Source of the DNA: Eledone cirrhosa
Taxonomy: Eukaryota
Assembly (NCBI GenBank): GCA_964016885.1
Contig: OZ024758.1
Location: forward strand, 1,426,001 to 1,490,000
DNA length: 64,000 nucleotides
Reading direction: 5' to 3'
Made by a program: the position numbers and the translations under genes. Positions 40,989 through 55,591 of the stretch are shown in pieces. How positions within the stretch are numbered: the stretch's first letter is position 1; every line of letters begins with the position of its first letter. The notes beneath the pieces were generated by a model. The model was not told the origin of the DNA and searched no databases. It worked only from the letters and a program-made list of their open reading frames with translations.

Positions 40989-41300
40989 AGGTGGAGAATT
41001 GGCAGAGTCATTCGAGCGTCAGATGGAATGCTTCGCAGTACTCGATTCGGTTCTCAGCTTTCTGAGTCAATTTTGCTTTTCATCCATTTAAGGTCGATAA
41101 AAAAGTACTAGTCAAGTACTTGGTCGATTCTTCCTTATATCTCCTCTTACTTCTTCTCTCTTACTATCTGTCCTTCTCTGGAAGAAATCTGCTGTATTCA
41201 GACCTGAAGAGGGATGGGCTCCGCCAAGTTTTAAAATGCCCTAGAAACGCCATATATCTGTATAGCGCCACTAAAACTACTTCAGGGGTTACGAGAAACG
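40989..41300 (+). mobile_element. SINE B
   Basis: Family match including the ctggaagaaatctgctgtattcagacctg tail. Confidence 0.8.
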
Positions 41301-41429
41301 GATATATGTGTTCAAGAATTGGGTTTACGAATGATCTCCGACCAAAACACTTGACAAACAAGTGCAACTCCTAAACTTATATGCATTTGTTTATATCACT
41401 CCCGCTCTGGTATCTCTCAAGTCTCAGCC

Positions 41430-42550
41430 CGTGTTGACCACCCGAGTTATCTCACTGTCTCTGTGATATACCTCTAGTCTCCGTGTTTATCACCTCGGTT
41501 ATCGCACTGTCTCTTTGATATACCTCTCGTCTCACACCATGTTTATCACCCGAGTTATCTCACTGTCTCTGTGATATACCTCTAGTCTCCGTGTTTATCA
41601 CCTCGGTTATCTCACTGTCTCTTTGATATACCTCTCGTCTCACACCATGTTTATCACCCGAGTTATCTCACTGTCTCTTTGATATACCTCTAGTCTCACA
41701 CCATGTTTATCACCCGAGTTATCTCACTGTCTCTGTGATATACCTCTAGTCTCACACCATGTTTATCACCCGAGTTATCTCACTGTCTCTGTGATATACC
41801 TCTAGTCTCACACCATGTTTATCACCCGAGTTATCTCACTGTCTCTGTGATATACCTCTAGTCTCAAACCGTGTTGACCACCCGAGTTATCTCACTGTCT
41901 CTGTGATATACCTCTAGTCTCCGTGTTTATCACCTCGGTTATCTCACTGTCTCTTTGATATACCTCTAGTCTCACACCATGTTTATCACCAGAGTTATCT
42001 CACTGTCTCTGTGATATACCTCTAGTCTCCGTGTTTATCACCCGAGTTATCTCACTGTCTCTTTGATATACCTCTAGTCTCCGTGTTTATCACCTCGGTT
42101 ATCTCACTGTCTCTTTGATATACCTCTAGTCTCACACCATGTTTATCACCAGAGTTATCTCACTGTCTCTGTGATATACCTCTAGTCTCCGTGTTTATCA
42201 CCCGAGTTATCTCACTGTCTCTTTGATATACCTCTAGTCTCCGTGTTTATCACCTCGGTTATCTCACTGTCTCTTTGATATACCTCTAGTCTCACACCAT
42301 GTTTATCACCAGAGTTATCTCACTGTCTCTGTGATATACCTCTAGTCTCCGTGTTTATCACCCGAGTTATCTCACTGTCTCTTTGATATACCTCTAGTCT
42401 CCGTGTTTATCACCTCGGTTATCTCACTGTCTCTTTGATATACTTCTAGTCTCACACCATGTTTATCACCCGAGTTATCTCACTGTCTCTTTGATATACT
42501 TCTAGTCTCACACCATGTTTATCACCTCAGTTATCTCACTGTCTCCCTGA
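41430..42550. repeat. Minisatellite of 52/56-bp units (~20 copies) with a 160-bp higher-order repeat
   Basis: Unit cacccgagttatctcactgtctctgtgatatacctctagtctc(acac)c(a/g)tgtttat; variant ccagag recurs at 41991, 42151 and 42311. Confidence 0.92.
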
Positions 42551-43146
42551 TACACTGGCAGCATATTAGTCGTCTCAACCCGCCATGCCGCTAATCCAGT
42601 AATGAGAGAGGGAGGCTTGTTGACCCGCGCAGTTTTATTAGGATTCAACTTCAGTGTAACTTAAGACAGGAGTCGAAATTCTTTGCACAACAAACGAACA
42701 TTTTATACTGTTCTTTACATGTCCTCTCTCACTTATTGTATTGTGGCTGTATGCCTTGTTAAATGTATTTACATACATACACATTTACGTGTGCATGTAT
42801 GCTTGTATATATGTTTTTTTTTCAGAATTACCTTTTCTAGAAAGGTGTTGTGACAACAACTGAGGTCTTTCACTCCCAAGTTAGAATTGAGGGGGAAAAA
42901 AGTACTCTTTGGATCAATTTGCGTAGGAGTGCAAGTCTCTAGGATGCTTGAAAAGCCATATCCGAGTGTCACACATCTGAATCTGACAAGCGATTACAAT
43001 ACTCTTAGCAGAGTTTGCAGCCATCATATACATATGTATATATACACATTTATGGGTGTATATCATGTGTGTGATCCAATTATCCCTTACTTTTTCAAAT
43101 ACGGTGATTTGTATAATCTTGTAAAACAAATGTATATATGATATAA

Positions 43147-43470
43147 TCCCGTAATACTTGAGAGAGCCGTAGGGGTGCCGTATTATCATAAGGCATTTCT
43201 ATGGTAATTTTTGTATTTAAATTTGACGAGAACCAACTCCTCTCCAGGGTTGAATACAGCAGATTTCTTCCAGAGAAGGATAGAGTAAGAGAATGGAAGT
43301 GAGAAAAGGTTAAAGAGGAATAATCGGCCCCAGTACTAGACTGGTACTTTTTCTATCGACCTTAAATGGATGAAAGACAAAGTTGACCTCTGCGGGATTT
43401 GAGGGTATAGAACCGAAACTATGCAAAGCATTCTCTCCGACGTTCTAATAACTCAGCCAATTCGCCGCCT
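43147..43470 (-). mobile_element. SINE B
   Basis: Reverse family match from head (ggcggcgaattggctgag) to tail. Confidence 0.8.
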
Positions 43471-43777
43471 TGTAAAATATATGCAGAAACCTAACTCCTT
43501 TCTATTGTGATAATAGTTTTCATCATCCCTACATCACCCTATTTATTTCATATGATCCCGTTAATAATAAATAAATGATAAATCTTCTTACTCTGATATC
43601 AATATACACATGCATTATAGAAATAAAGAAATCCTATCTTATCCTAACTACAAACACTTTATAAAATCTAAGTGATGCTCTGAACATAATTGTAAGGGAA
43701 ATAACTGAATTTTGTAGTTATTTCCCTTATCCTACTATTTATTTTAAATGTTTGCAATTGTGTGTATGTAATATTAT

Positions 43778-43950
43778 GTGGATTATCAGTATCGGTAGAG
43801 CTTTGCAGCATAGAGTTATGGCCCTTTGCGTTCTGAGTTCAAATCTTACCGAGGTTAACTTTGCCTTTCATCCTTACAGAGTCGATAAAATAAAGTATCA
43901 GTAATGTACTGGGGTAATTGCTGGCCTTGTACCAAAAGTTGAACCAATTA
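43778..43950 (+). mobile_element. SINE A with internal deletion
   Basis: Family match. Confidence 0.8.
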
Positions 43951-46532
43951 TATAGCAACACAAACTAACAAGGTATTGTGTCTGTCCCTTCCCCCTCTCC
44001 GTTTTTTTTTGTTTTTTTTTCTTTTTTCTTTTTTTGCTTTCCTTTTTTCTTCCTTTTTAGATTTTCCCTTTAATAATTAGTTTTGTTTTTATTAGATATT
44101 GCTCAATAATTAAATAATATTAATGGTTTTTGTCATGACATTGTGAGATTCTGTATATTGAATATGTTTGTTTGTCATTTCAATTATTTTATAAAAGTTA
44201 AATAAAATGAATTATATTAATCCCTAAATAAACTAATCTCTCAATCTCAAAACAGAAATCTCAGGACCAGGCTATTTAACTGGCTGCTGTACAAAACCTT
44301 ATAACCAATAAATACAAATTATGCGATAAATATTGAGGTAGGGGTGTCTTTTATTTTGGGCGAAGGGTTGGAACCGTTGTGGGGTAGGATTAAAATATTT
44401 GCGGCATTTATTCCGACTTCCATTGAAATCCTTTTTCTATTCCTCTGAGTTGGCCAAAATCAAGAAAGACTTCACAACAACGTTTGTGTCCACTTTCATG
44501 TAGAAAACGTTTCCACTGACCACCTGTATGGTAATTATTCAAAACCATATCAAAACTGTTTGGTAAAAGTTTGTTATAGGTTCGTTATTCCCATTTAGCC
44601 TCGTGTTTTGTTTTGTATTTTTTATACAGGTTCTTTGATCATTTGATTTTTTTTTTTTTTTTTTTTTTTTTGCGGGTAGCCTATATTGAAATACCTTAAT
44701 ACTCAAACTCAAAACCCTATTTCGTCCACCAAAATGTCCACTCGCCCACCATTTTCTGTTCAGTTGCTTATCACCCACCCAACAGTTGAAATCGCCCAGA
44801 TTGGGACGCCCTAGCCTAAGTCCTTCGGAGTTCGGCTGTTAGCGGTTATGTTGTTGTAGTTTCGTGTGTGATTTCTTGCAGGATCTCTTACAGCGGCCTT
44901 CCGTCTCATCAATTCTTGAACCATACCCATGACGTATGTGTCACAGTTGACTTCCTTCTAATCACATGAACAGCACCTCTGCTTGTATCTACGCATACGA
45001 GTTTACCTGTGTGTTTGTGCACACACACATATACATACACACATGCACGCACTTACACACATAAGTCTACTATTTCTAGCCGATTGAGTGACCTCGTAGA
45101 AGCCCTCCCCTTACAACCTGTTCGGAAGATATAGTTCTTTATTTTATTATATTTTACTTTACGTTAATGTAATATCAAATATTTTCCCTTTGAACTTTAC
45201 AAAATATCAGGCGCGGTTATTTTGCTCGTATTGGAAAAGCGACAGATCATTTACAATCGCAAACTACTTAATGCTTCAACAAATACGTGATACTAAAGTA
45301 TAATAATGAACCAGCAACTCAATAAGGACTGCGCTCTTCTACATGAAAGTTGGTCCTACATGTAAACACTTGTTCAAGAACACGAAGCATGGAATGGTCC
45401 ATTTTTGGAATGGAATGGTCCATTTTTAGGATTTAGTCATAGGAGAATCTGTTGTCGTGATGGTCCATTTTTAGAATCTCTGGAGCTAGTGAAAGGAGCA
45501 GAAGTTAACCTAAGACAGGCGATATGAGCAGAATACTATGAGTCAAATTCTGGTGTTAGGAATGGTGATGGATTGCGTCTACCAGACCAAACAACAAACG
45601 GAGACAGTACTTCTGACGGGCTCTCCTTGACAAACATTTTCGGTTATGCGATACTAGAAAAGAAAAGACTTGTCCAAGTTGACGTGCAGTAAGATAGAAC
45701 CCCAGACCATGGAGTTACAAATTAACATTCATAATCACACAGTCACCTGTGCCTAATTTAGTAAATATGTGTAATAAAAATATATATATATATATATCCT
45801 ACATCTCAGCTAGAAAACAATGATGTAGCCTACAGCTATATAGAGTTTAACACACATTTGTATGTAAATCCTCATAAATCCGTATATATGTAGGTGTATT
45901 TCTACAACGTATATCGGCAGTGTATAAAATCATTTCACGTAAGTATCTCTCGCATTAACTTTTATATCTCGTTATTCAGGTTTACACAAACTGAATTCTG
46001 TTGACAAAATTCATAAGCGAGCAAAAAAAAACCCCGATATTTATGGTTTTGTACTCTATTACTACACCTTTCCGGTTCACACGAGATACAACGTAGCCTT
46101 TCATTAACTATACACAAAGGTGTCATACATTCGCCAGGGCAGTCTTTGGCGTAGGGATGGGTATGAAAGGAATACATTTCTAATCAGCACTTTGCTCAAC
46201 TTGGGCTAATCTGGTGGTAACTAAACAGACATTTACTGTTTCACCTTCCCATTTTTTCGAGCGTATAAAATCTATTTGCTTGTTGTTGTTGTTTTCTTCT
46301 TGTTGTTTTGTTGTTGTTTAGCCCCAAACTAATTTTGTAGTTCTAGCCCGCCTGTGCTTTTAAGGATATCTCATATTACATTTTACGATGTATTTTTTTC
46401 TTTCTTTTAAAGACGGAAGCGTATTGTTTGAGTGAGATTTGTCTTTGTAACTAGCAAGTGAAGCATTTAATTTCTGGTAGTCCTCGTTGTTCGTTTTGTG
46501 TTATTTAGGAAAGGCAGTGTATTCGTGTAATC

Positions 46533-46901
46533 CACAGGTTCTCAACCTATTTAGGCCAAACGTCCCCTTTTGTCCCTCAAAATAACGAAACGCACCCCCT
46601 CCCCCTATTTTTCCATTTTTCAATATACTACTGATTTTTATATCAGTAGATTACTAAAAAATTGATTAACAATATTCCAAAGATGTGTGTATTATCTGAT
46701 TATGTGGGTCCTAGATGTGTGTGCTACTCGCTTCTGTTTTTTCTTTTCTTTTTTTTTATTTGTAATATTATTTATACAATAGGGAATAAAATAGATCTAC
46801 TTAGTGTTAATTCCTTGCGGTTGAGTCAATAATTTCATAACGCGACCTTGCTCCCAAATGCCCCTCTGGAGTTCCGAAACGCCCCCCGTTGAGAACCTTT
46901 G
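46533..46901. mobile_element. hAT-type MITE with perfect 8-bp TSD
   Basis: TIR CACAGGTTCTCAAC / GTTGAGAACCTTTG; TSD GTGTAATC at 46525-46532 and 46902-46909. Confidence 0.88.
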
Positions 46902-47081
46902 GTGTAATCTGTTGTTCACACATTCTACACACGTACCAGCTCTCTGACTTGGTCAGTGACTGTTTCCTTATACTTGATAGCAAATACTAAAGGCCGCATG
47001 TATGTATGTACGTACATGAATGTATGTACGTACGTACGGACGGTCAGATGTATGTAAGTATATATAGATATATGTATATAA

Positions 47082-47300
47082 GGGCGGGGACATAGAAATA
47101 GTCGGGCTGGATACCCGATCGCGCGGTTAAACCACTGGGAGTGAAGGACTCCTAGCCTTTGTCAGCGCATTCTTCTAGGAGAAGGCAACTCAGGAAACTG
47201 GGATAACTCCGATGTAAAACCTGCGGCTCAGTAGTTACCGATGATGTTGATCTTTTCTTCTTTTCGAGTTATAGCTACTGTCGCTCAGAGAATGGGATTG
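47082..47300 (+). mobile_element. Possible RTE LINE 5' UTR fragment
   Basis: GC-richer island with ctaggagaaggcaactc...taaaacctgcg, resembling RTE-BovB-type 5' UTRs (recalled). Confidence 0.35.
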
Positions 47301-47733
47301 GCTCAGTGCACAGTCTTTCCTCATTTAAAAAAAAAATCTTCACGCACAGGCATTGCACGATATTAACTATTGGTAAATTTGATTCAACGTTTTTAAACAT
47401 CTAAGAAGAAAAAAGAAAATGGTCGAGATAGGGAACAGTATACCGCTTTTGAACAGAATTAATTGTTGCGTATACTATGTTCCAAATTCAAGGTGTTTCA
47501 GGGTCGCCTAACAGTTGTCCGATTGAGCTGAAATTATGCACACCCCGTTTGTATGTTGTTTGGAACAGGATTAGGGGGTGGGAGCAGCAAAATCTACATT
47601 TCTGAAAATTATCTAGTGCTAAGGGTCACCCTAATATTTATGTATGTATATATATATGTATGTATGCATGTATATATATATATATGTGTGTAAAAATGAA
47701 TATATATGTATGCAGGTAGGTGTGTATGTAAGG

Positions 47734-47772
<39 letters not shown>

Positions 47773-48367
47773 AGATGTGTACGTATTCATGTATGCATTA
47801 CAAGATTCAAAATAAACAAGTCTATTAACTCATTTTGAGAAACCCTTTAATTTCATTCTTTTATTTCACCCTTTAACTTCATTCTTTTAATGAAAGATAT
47901 TTTCATAGGAATATACTTCAAAATATATAAATATACATATGTAGTGACATTAGCGCTACAGTGAGGACATGGACTAGGTGCAAGACCTGATACATAAAAA
48001 AGCATTTCTCCCATAACCAAGAATATTTTTTTTAATGATTTAACCAAAAGACTCTGACATATTGTAGAGTGGAGAAATCAGAAACTGCAGCTATTATGCC
48101 TTTCCCAAAAGCATTAAGCGGCATAAATAAAATAAAGTTGATTGAAATGAGATTCACCTCTAAGTTGCAGATTCCGTTGCCGCCGGATAAAATGTTCCTC
48201 TACGGCTCTCTTTCATGGATTTTTCTTTTTATTAGATTCTTACACGAAAGCATCCAAATCTTTTAAAATGTATTTATTTGTTTAATTCATCTCACGTTTT
48301 CTTTCGATTTCCCAAATAATATCAATTATAATCTCAATAAAAAATAAATAAAATATATATATATATA

Positions 48368-49149
48368 AAGTTTAGGAATAACCAAAGAGTGCTTAGAAAT
48401 ACATTGTTTTATTTGCTAACGGTGTTTCATCCATACCCTAGGGCAGGAATCATCGGAGCCTATAAACAAACATATATCAAAGGTTGCAGGCTCCATCGAG
48501 CCTAGTCACCAGAACAAGGATGAAGGAAAAGTCCCAGGCCTTGTAACAGGTCGATTTCTCCATATCAGGCCACCACCTAGTATTATGTCGCTTAATGCTT
48601 GGAACTAGAACCAATGGATAGAGGGTGGTGGCCTGATATGGAGAAATGGACCTGTTACAAGGCGATACTACTGGAGTGTACAATCCTGCCTGTAAAGCTG
48701 CACCACAACTAACCAACTTTTCTTTTTACCGACTCCTGCTTACAACCTTTCATACTCTGCCTGTAAATCATGTACTTGCACTGCTTCTGAATTGATGTAT
48801 CTATGCTTGGTTTGTGTTTTGATCCTGCTGAATAACACCCTCATTTATTTCTTGCTCTCCTCTCTCAACCTTCTTATGATCTATTGCACCATTTATGTGA
48901 TAAACTTTTGATGTAATTTTTTATGACATTATATCTATCATGTATTGTGTGTTTTTCTATACAGCGCTGGCCTGGGACCCCCCTACTTGTCCTTCATCCT
49001 TGTTCTGGTAACTAGGCTCGATGGAGCCTGCAGCCTTTGATATATTTTTGTTTCTAGGCTCCGATGATTCCTGCCCTAGGGTATGGATGAAACACTGTTA
49101 GCAAATAAAACAATGTATTTCTAAGCACTCTTTGGTTATTCCTAAACTT
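48368..49149. mobile_element. Penelope-like element remnant with inverted pseudo-LTRs (~170 bp) containing degenerate HHR cores
   Basis: 48368-48540 is the near-identical reverse complement of 48969-49149. Each arm has GCT-CCGATGA-stem II-GAAAC-NNN-GTT-AGC-AAATAAA. Nested 40-bp IR at 48538-48577/48623-48663; left end abuts (TA)n. Confidence 0.6.
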
Positions 49150-50214
49150 AAAACTGCTCTGTAGTATACTAGTTATCCTACATGGAGCTACAACCACACT
49201 GTCATACCAAGGACAATATATCTGTGCGTCTGTGCACATTAATATACTTGTCAACGACATTATATATATATATATATACACACACACACATATACATATA
49301 CATATATATATATATATAGAAACCAAAAAGAAAAAAACTGAAAAGCCAAAAATAAAATGGGTTCAATTCACAGCCCTATTAAACAGAAAGAAGGTAACAT
49401 ATATCAGACAAAACCATCACAAAAATATTGTCACTTAAGTCAGCTCTTTTGGATGTAAAAAGGTTCGTGTTTCGTTAAAAATTACTTAAGCTGAAATCAG
49501 TATTTTGCAGAATTAGTTTCTTGAAAATAAATTACCTGCATAAAAAAGAAAAAATATATATATTTTATATATAACTGCATTTAACGAATTATTAAATAAA
49601 ATAATGTCTTACATTGGCAAACGTCGTACTTAGCAACGACGAGCTAACACCAGTTTATATATAGATATGTTTATTGTATTTTTACCTAAATCAACCCGGG
49701 TACTTGAAATCAAAAGGTTCAGAGAGGATACTAAATGCTATAAGTATTTCCTTCATACCACTAGACACAATCATTAAATAAAGTTCGAAAAGATAAGAAA
49801 GCAATTAGTTTCTATATCAAATTATGAAAGACATAAATATTGCCGAAAAATATAAAATGGATGTTGCTTTCATAATGGGGAAGATATATTATATACTTTA
49901 ATTTATAGTCATGATGTAAATGATAATATTCTTAATTATCTTCTTTAAAAGCTCATTAAAACAAATTTGGTGTAAACTAAACATTAAAATTATTGAAGTA
50001 CCTTTAAAATTGTATTGTAATTTCACTGAAATTAGACATTGTAAAATGTGTAAAATACACAACTGAAGTGTGGCATTGTAATTCAGTATTAATTAATAAT
50101 TAACTAACGACAGGTGTTTTAATACAATGCCGAATAACTAATATATGTGACTAATAACAATTAGCCTGTTCCATCTTATGTTGCATTGACTGAATTATTA
50201 AGTAGACTATATCT

Positions 50215-50500
50215 GGTACTCCATCGGTTACGACGACGAGTGTCCCAGTTGAGCTGATCAACGGAACAGCCTGCTCGTGAAATTAACGTGTAAGTGGCTG
50301 AGCATTCCATAGACATGCATGCCCTTACCGTAATTCTCAGGGAGATTCAGCATGAAACAGAATGTGACAAAGCTGTCCCTTCGAATTACAGTCAACTCAT
50401 TTGAGCCAGCTGAGTGGACTGGAATAATGTGAAATAAACAACACGCTACCGGAAATCGAACTCACGATTGTGAGCCGAATACCATAACAACACAGCCACT
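50215..50500 (-). mobile_element. CORE-type octopus SINE with long 3' tail; related tail fragment at 62670-62770
   Basis: tactccatcggttacgacgacgag...gcctgctcgtgaaattaacgtg...agctgagtggactgga...ggaaatcgaactcacg; the tail recurs at 62670. Confidence 0.7.
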
Positions 50501-51603
50501 ATATAGCAAACATTCACATTATAATTTAACAAATGCAACGTGGGATGGAGAGAAGAATATAAAAGTCTAAGATAACCAAGGGAAGATGAAGCATTACAAC
50601 ATATGTTGAAATTAAAGTGAAATGTAATCAATAAAATCTAGAAAAGGCATCATAAAATAACCAATAGAATCTTGAAGCGAATGAGTTGAGTTTAGTTTGC
50701 TCTTTTCTATCTCTTTTCATGTTTAACTTTAATTGCTTATCTCTTATTTAATTTTGTGAACCAGATTAGATTTTCATATCTGGACGACTTTATGTCAAAG
50801 TTCTTATTGGCAGAATTACGTAGTATGTTGATAGAAATTAGATATTTTGTTCCTATATAGAAATAACTTATCCTAACGATATTATAGGATCGTAAAAAGA
50901 AAACTAAGTATCTAAGGAATTATAAAAGCTATTTGTCAAATAATAATATTGTTTAAATTGAATTATTAAATAATTAAAATCAACGATTTATATTAATTTG
51001 AGGACTTATTTCCAAGAGAGAAATTTCAAATTAAATATTATACTCTGAAATGTCGGCTTCAGCTTGGCTTCAGAATTTCACAAAAACGTAATCACAGTGA
51101 AAAAAAAATGAAATGTCTCTATGGGCATTTTTTCCGGATCATAATATAACTGGTATTTTGGAATATAGTTTATTACATATTTTACCTTAATAAACGAAGA
51201 TATATATGCTTTTTTTTTTTTTTTTTTTTTGCTTTTTTTTTTTTGCTTTTTTTCAATAAAAAATCCGCCGTTGAAAGGAAAACAGGAGAGCTAATGAGAG
51301 CATTTCTGCAAAAAAGCCTCGTAATATTTCATATCGCAGGTAATTTAATTATTACTTATATAGACAATATATTGTAAGTATTCTTAATGTGTTGTATGTA
51401 TACTGATACAAAAAATAGTTATCATCTCAATGAACCTTGAGAACCAAACAAGATTTCGATTCCCTAAATACAGTAATTCACAAGCGCATAATTTCACTGG
51501 CATATTTTTAATATTTAAACATTTGGCTGGACTATTGGAAAGAAAAAAAAATATTTCTTTCCCTTTTTTAATTTACTTTTTCTTCTTCCCACTCATGTTT
51601 CTT

Positions 51604-53714
51604 ATATATATGATATATATATAATATGATATATATATATATATATTATATATAATATGATATATATATATATATATTATATATAATATGATATATATAA
51701 TATGATATATATATATATATATATTATATATAATCTGGTATATATATAATATGATATATATATATATTATATATAATATGATATATATATATATTATATA
51801 TAATATGATATATATATATATTATATATAATATGATATATATATATATTATATATAATATGATATATATATATATTATATATAATATGATATATATATAT
51901 ATATATAATATGATATATATATATATATATAATATGATATATATATAATATGATATATATATATATATATATTATATATGTATATATATATTATATATAA
52001 TATGAGTACTTTGGTGCGTTATGGCCTATCTGGTTCCTTACCACATTTCCTCCGTTATTATATATAATATATGTATATGTATATGTATATGTATATATAT
52101 ATGTATATATATAATATATGTATATATATAATATATGTATATATATATATGTATATATATAATATATGTATATATATATATGTATATATATAATATATGT
52201 GTATATATATATATGTGTATATATAATATATGTATATATATAATATATGTATATATATAATATATGTATATATATAATATATGTATATATATATAATATA
52301 TGTATATATAATATATGTATATATATGTATATATATGTATATATAATATATGTATATTGTATATGTATATATATATATTGTATATGTATAAATATATTGT
52401 ATATAATATATATATATTGTATATAATATATATATATTGTATATATAATATATATATATTGTATATATAATATATATATATTGTATATATAATATATATA
52501 TATTGTATATATAATATATATATATTGTATATATAATATATATATATTGTATATATAATATATATATATTGTATATATAATATATATATATTATATATAT
52601 AATATATATAATATATATAATATATATATATTATATATATAATATATATATATTATATATATAATATATATATATTATATATATATATTATATAATATAT
52701 ATATATATTATATATATATATTATATATATTATATATATATATTATATATATAATATATATATATATATATTATATATATATATTATATATTATATTATA
52801 TATATATATATTATATATAATATATATATATTATATATATATATTATATATATATATTATATATATTATATATATATATTATATATATATATTATATATT
52901 ATATTATATATATATATTATATTATATATATATATATTATATATAATATATATATATTATATATATATATTATATATATATATTATATATATATATTATA
53001 TATATATATATTATATATTATATATTATATATATATATTATATATATATATATTATATATAATATATATATATTATATATATATATTATATATAATATAT
53101 ATATATTATATATATATATATAATATATTATATATAATATATTATATATTATATATAATATATTATATATAATATATTATATATAATATATTATATATAA
53201 TATATTATATATAATATATTATATATAATATATTATATATAATATATAATATATTATATATTATATATAATATATTATATATAATATATAATATATTATA
53301 TATAATATATAATGTAAATATATATTATATATAATATATAATGTAAATATATATTATATATAATATATAATGTAAATATATATTATATATATATATTATA
53401 TATAATATATATATATTATATATAATGTAAATATATATTATATATAATATATTATATATAATATATTATATATAATAAATAATGTAAATATATATATATA
53501 TTATATAATATAATATATATGATATATATATATATATATATATAAATTATATGCAATATGATATATATATTATATATAATATAACATATATGATATATAT
53601 ATATATATATTATATATAATATAACATATATGATATATATATATATATATATTATATATAATATAACATATATGATATATATATATATATATATTATATA
53701 ATATAATATATATG

Positions 53715-53748
<34 letters not shown>

Positions 53749-55262
53749 ATATAACATATATGATATATATATATATATATTATATATAATATAACATATA
53801 TGATATATATATATATATATTATATATAATATAACATATATGATATATATATATATATATTATATATAATATAACATATATGATATATATATATATATAT
53901 TATATATAATATAACATATATGATATATATATATATATATATAATATAACATATATGATATATATATATATATATATATTATATATAATATAACATATAT
54001 GATATATATATATATTATATATAATATAACATATATGATATATATATATATATATTATATGCAATATAATATATATATATGTAAATATATATATATTATA
54101 TATAATATAATATATTATATATATATATGATAACATATATGATATATATATATATATATTATATGCAATATAATATATATATATGTATATATAATATAAT
54201 ATATATATATGATATATATATATATATATTATATGCAATATAATATATATATATGTATATATAATATAATATATATATATGTAAATATATATATATTATA
54301 TGCAATATAATATATATATATGTATATATAATATAATATATATATATGTAAATATATATATATTATATGAAATATAATATATATATATGTATATATAATA
54401 TAATATATATATGTAAATATATATATATTATATGCAATATAATATATATATGTATATATAATATATATGTAAATATATATATATTATATGCAATATAATA
54501 TATATATATGTAAATATATATATACATCATATGCAATATAATATAGATATATGTAAATATATATATACATCATATGCAATATAATATATATATGTAAACA
54601 TATATATATATCATATACAATATAATATATATATATATGTAAATATATATATACATCATATGCAATATAATATATATATGTAAATATATATATACATCAT
54701 ATGCAATATAATATATATATGTAAACATATATATATATCATATACAATATAATATATATATATGTAAATATATATTATATATAATATATATATATATGTC
54801 AATATATATATTATATATATATTATATATATAATATTTATATGTAAATATATATATGTATATATATTATATATAATATAATATTTATATGTAAATATATA
54901 CATGTATATATGTTATTTTTATATGTAAATATATACATGTATATATGTTATATATAATATATATATATATGTAAATATATACATGTATATATGTTATATA
55001 TAATATATATATATATGTAAATATATACATGCATATATGTTATATATAATATAATATATATATCTATATATATTATATATAATATAATATATATGTAAAT
55101 ATATATATGTATATATGTTATATATAATATATATATATATGTAAATATATACATGCATATATGTTATATATAATATAATATATATATCTATATATATTAT
55201 ATATAATATAATATATATGTAAATATATATATGTATATACGTTATATATAATATATATATAC
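51604..55262. repeat. 3.6-kb (TA)n-derived complex satellite
   Basis: Almost pure A/T with successive sub-arrays (e.g. tattgtatatataa, ataacatatatg, atgcaatataa, gtaaatatata); single 50-bp unique island at 52004-52055. Confidence 0.95.
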
Positions 55263-55591
55263 ATACACCGGAAAAATCATGACCTCCCATTACGTTTACC
55301 CGGCATAAAAGGTAGAATATATCATTACAAAATGTATAATAAAAATATACCGATGCACCAATGATAAATGTTAAATGATATGCCATAATGAACATTTCCC
55401 AGCATTTTATTAAACAACGATAGACAGACAAATGGTTCCAATACCCACTTATAACATAAAGAGGAATGGTGACAAGATCTCCGTCTGCTATTATTTCACT
55501 ATTTGGAATTTGTTTCGAAAAATGATTTTTCTTTTTCTCATACCATGTTCATTAAATTTCAAATAAAGAAAATATATCCAACCCAGCCCTT

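Noticed and set aside
41430-42550. CRISPR-like regular repeat array
   Set aside because: No unique spacers, units are contiguous, no cas genes, eukaryotic context.
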